A stretch of 64,000 bases of DNA from the human T2T-CHM13v2.0 reference genome, Homo sapiens: assembly GCF_009914755.1 (NCBI RefSeq), contig NC_060940.1; one strand, written 5' to 3'. The position numbers and the translations under genes were made by a program. This document shows positions 61,003 to 64,000 of this stretch, in pieces. The notes beneath the pieces are model-generated. The model was not told where the DNA came from, did no database searches, and was given only the letters and a program-made list of their open reading frames with translations. The stretch's first letter is position 1. Each line of letters opens with the position of its first letter.

Positions 61003-64000
61003 GCCCTCCTTTCCCGGTGGGGCTTGCCAGAGACTGTGTGTTTTGTTTCCCCCACCACCATCACTGCCACCTGGCTTCTGCCATGTGGCAGGAGGGTGAC
61101 TGGATAATTAAGACTGCATTATGAAAGTCAACAGCTCTTTCCCCTCAGCTCTTCTCCTGGAATGACTGGCTTCCCCTCAAATTGGCACTGAGATTTGCTA
61201 CACTTCTCCCCACCTGGTACATGATACATGACCCCAGGTTCCAGTGTAGAACCTGAGTCCCCCATTCCCCAAAGCCATCCCTGCATTGATATGTCTTGAC
61301 TCTCCTGTCTACTTTTGCACACACCCTTAATTTTTAATTGGTTTTCTTGTAAATACAGTTTTGTACAATGTTATCTCTGTGGGAGGAAGGAGGCAGGCTG
61401 TGGTGGGACTGGGTAGGGTATAGTATCACTCCTGAGTTCCACTGCTCTAGAATCTAACCAGAAATAGAAACCTAGTTTTTAAGGTGACTGGCATCCATGT
61501 GTCTTGTTCTGGAGATGAGGATGTAGGTGGGAGGTTTGAACCCAAGTTAGAGCAGGAAGAACTGAGTAGACTCCTTCCTTCCAGATACCGACTTGGACTT
61601 GCGGCACTCTGTGGCTCCCCACCCCCAGGTCTGTGGTGGTTTCTTTGTTTTTTCCTGGTTCTTTTTGCTGTGCTGATGAAACATGACCTCAATAACCATG
61701 TGTATACCCACCCCTCTTCCCACTGGGTATTGAGGAAGGGTGGCTGATTCTTCCTCCTCTTCTACTCTGAGGATGTTAGTATGGGGATTTTAGCATGAAT
61801 TCTAGCTGGGGAGTCTTAACAGATGCCCCTTTTACTGATACAGCACCTAAAGCGATCTTTGGCTCCATAGGACCATAGGAAGGGTCAGTACAGAAGAACC
61901 TAGATACTGCCCTGCCCCTGAGAACTGTGTATATGTGGGGCCTGTCTGCAGCACCCATCTCAGGTGGGTTCCAGAGGGCCTTTAGGGTATAATGAGAGCC
62001 TGTTAGGTGGAAGAGGCCCAGTTCCAGAAATGTTCCAGCCCACCCCTGAGAATTCCTCCTGTTTAGTTGTGTGGGAAGCCCTCGTCTTCCAGGCTGTCCT
62101 TGCGCCTTGAACCTGGAGAAGTGAGCTCACTGTTCTCAATACTTCACAAATGTAAAACTTTCTTTCGTCTGCATGTGCTCAGCCATCTAAATTGAGCAAA
62201 TGATCTGGTGAGCACTGGGTTAGAATCAGGAATGGTGGAATACAATCTGAACCTCTCAGAGCCCAGAACAGAGGGTTCCTGACACTGTGACACTGTCTCC
62301 TGGAACTAAGTATCTCTTGAATCATGACTTGGTTTTAGATCAGTCAAGAGAGACCCAGGTTTTGCCAGGAATCGAATCCCTAAATAACATGTTTTTTTCT
62401 CACTTAGCTCATGAATTTGCATAGTAGACAGTAGTTCTGAATTAGATTTTGAAAACCTAATTTCAGGGCTCATTTTTTCCTGTGGCCCTAAATCCATTCT
62501 ATCAAATTGTGTGATACTGACATGCAGTCATCTGAGGAACTCAGCGTAGATACTTGAGCAGCTCCTCGCCTCTTTTCTAACTCAAGTTTGACTAAAATAC
62601 ATACACTCCGTACAGAAGGTAGGGGGTTATGTAAGAAAGGAAAACCTAATCTATGGAATCAGGAGTTGTCACCACCGAGCTTCCTCTGGAAGTCTGCCCA
62701 TCAGCTTGCTTGTTCTCTGTTAAGAGGAAGGGCTAGGACAAGGATTTGGGCTTGAATATGTGGAAAGGAATTTTCATAGTTGTTGCTGCAGGACCTACAA
62801 AAGTTTAAAATTAGATTGGATGTGACTCAATGACAAGTCCCATCTGTGTAATTGTTAAGGGGACCTGATTGACTCCTGTGGTTTGATTGAGCAACCAGGT
62901 AAATAGAGACCTCTCTCCAGCTTTGGCAAAACCCATCAGAGGCTGCTGCAGAACTCAGACAGAGGGATCTGCCCTTGGGTTTGCTTCCATCCTGTTCCAT
63001 TGCTAAGCCCTTGTGACTTGGATCCTAGGACTGAAAAGTTTTTAGCTGCCTCAGCTTTCCCCTGACCTTACTGGCAGAGGTTCTGCAGATGTTTCCTTTG
63101 GAAGATCTCTTGCCAAGAATAGCATTCCTTTGGAGGAGGGGGGTTCTAGTTGGAATGTTGCTTTTCTTGGTTAGTGTAAATGTATTGCTAGTGAGACAGC
63201 TGCCGGCGCTGGAAAAGGCTCGTCTCACAGGGAGAGTGCTGGTCCCCAGAATGTGTGCTGTTCCCACGCTGCTGCCTTTCTTGAGCTTGTTAGAGGAAAG
63301 CCAGAAAGGCATTCAGATGGGATCAGTCTGGCTTTCAAATTTTTTTTAATTCCTAAGTTCTGTTTTATTTTTTAATTTTTTAAAAAAAATTTTATTAGAG
63401 ACAGTCTCTCTCTCTTGCCTAGCTGGGAGTGCAGTGGAGTGATCATAGCTCACTGAGGCTTGAACTCCTGGGCTCGAGCAATCCACCTCAGCCTCCAGAG
63501 TAGGGGAGACTACAGATGTGTGCCACCATACTCAGCTAATTTTTAAACTTTTGTAGAGACAGGGTCTCCCTGTGTTGCCCAGGCTGGCCTCGAACTCCTG
63601 ACCTCAAAAAATCTTCCTGCCTTGGCCTCCCAAAGCACTGGGATTATAGGTGTGAGCCATTGCGCCTGGTCATAAATTCTTGTTTTTTTGTTTGTTTGTT
63701 TATTAGAGATGGAATCTCTCTCTCTTGACCAGGCTAGAGGGCTGTGGTGCGATCTCAGCCCACTGCAACCTCTATCTCCTGAGCTCAAGCGATCCTCCTT
63801 AGCTTCCCAAATAGCTGGAACTACAGGCATGTGCCATCACGTCCAGCTAATTTTTGTATTTTTAGTAGAGAAGGTTTTACCATGTTGGACAGGGTGGTCT
63901 CGAACTCCTGGCCTAAAGTGGTCCACCTAGCTCAGCCTACCAAAGTGCTGTGATTACAGGCGTGAGCCACCATGCCCAGCCTCTAAATTCTGTTTTCTAT
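61003..64000 (+). other. SF3B3: SF3B3 3'UTR (long form probably extends beyond the window)
   Basis: Follows the stop codon; no AATAAA seen in 61003-64000; variant hexamers only (e.g. AATACA 61352-61357). Confidence 0.7.
63360..63981 (-). mobile_element. Two tandem antisense AluJ-like elements in the SF3B3 3' region
   Basis: Alu consensus. Confidence 0.87.

Noticed and set aside
63360-63981. 3'UTR inverted-Alu duplex
   Set aside because: Both Alus have the same orientation; any inverted partner in the mature mRNA would lie outside the window

Overview
Human (primate) genomic DNA, very Alu-rich, identified from the spliced translations as the head-to-head COG4 / SF3B3 locus. Minus strand: COG4 exons 1-5 (12724 down to 1417; 738 nt of CDS; the gene continues past the window start). 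Plus strand: the whole SF3B3 gene, with a non-coding exon 1, 25 coding exons joining to 3654 nt (1217 aa + TGA at 61000-61002), and about 3 kb of 3'UTR. All inferred introns are GT-AG and the phases are consistent. Two intronic box C/D snoRNAs are present (SNORD111B in intron 3, SNORD111 in intron 6). The most notable unexplained structure is in SF3B3 intron 11. A 29-nt candidate poison microexon has a perfect TACTAAC branch point linked to its pyrimidine tract through a 14-bp hairpin that hides the only intervening AG. A 13-nt candidate microexon lies upstream. Either exon alone gives a premature stop, while both together restore the frame (+14 aa). Also seen: several degenerate SNORD111-like relics (one with a 15-nt complement to 28S rRNA), a template-switch inverted Alu duplication, an AluYb8-type insertion and a 32-bp exact direct repeat. 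Most short ORFs in the supplied track are Alu or antisense artefacts. Repeat boundaries and subfamilies are approximate (read by eye).
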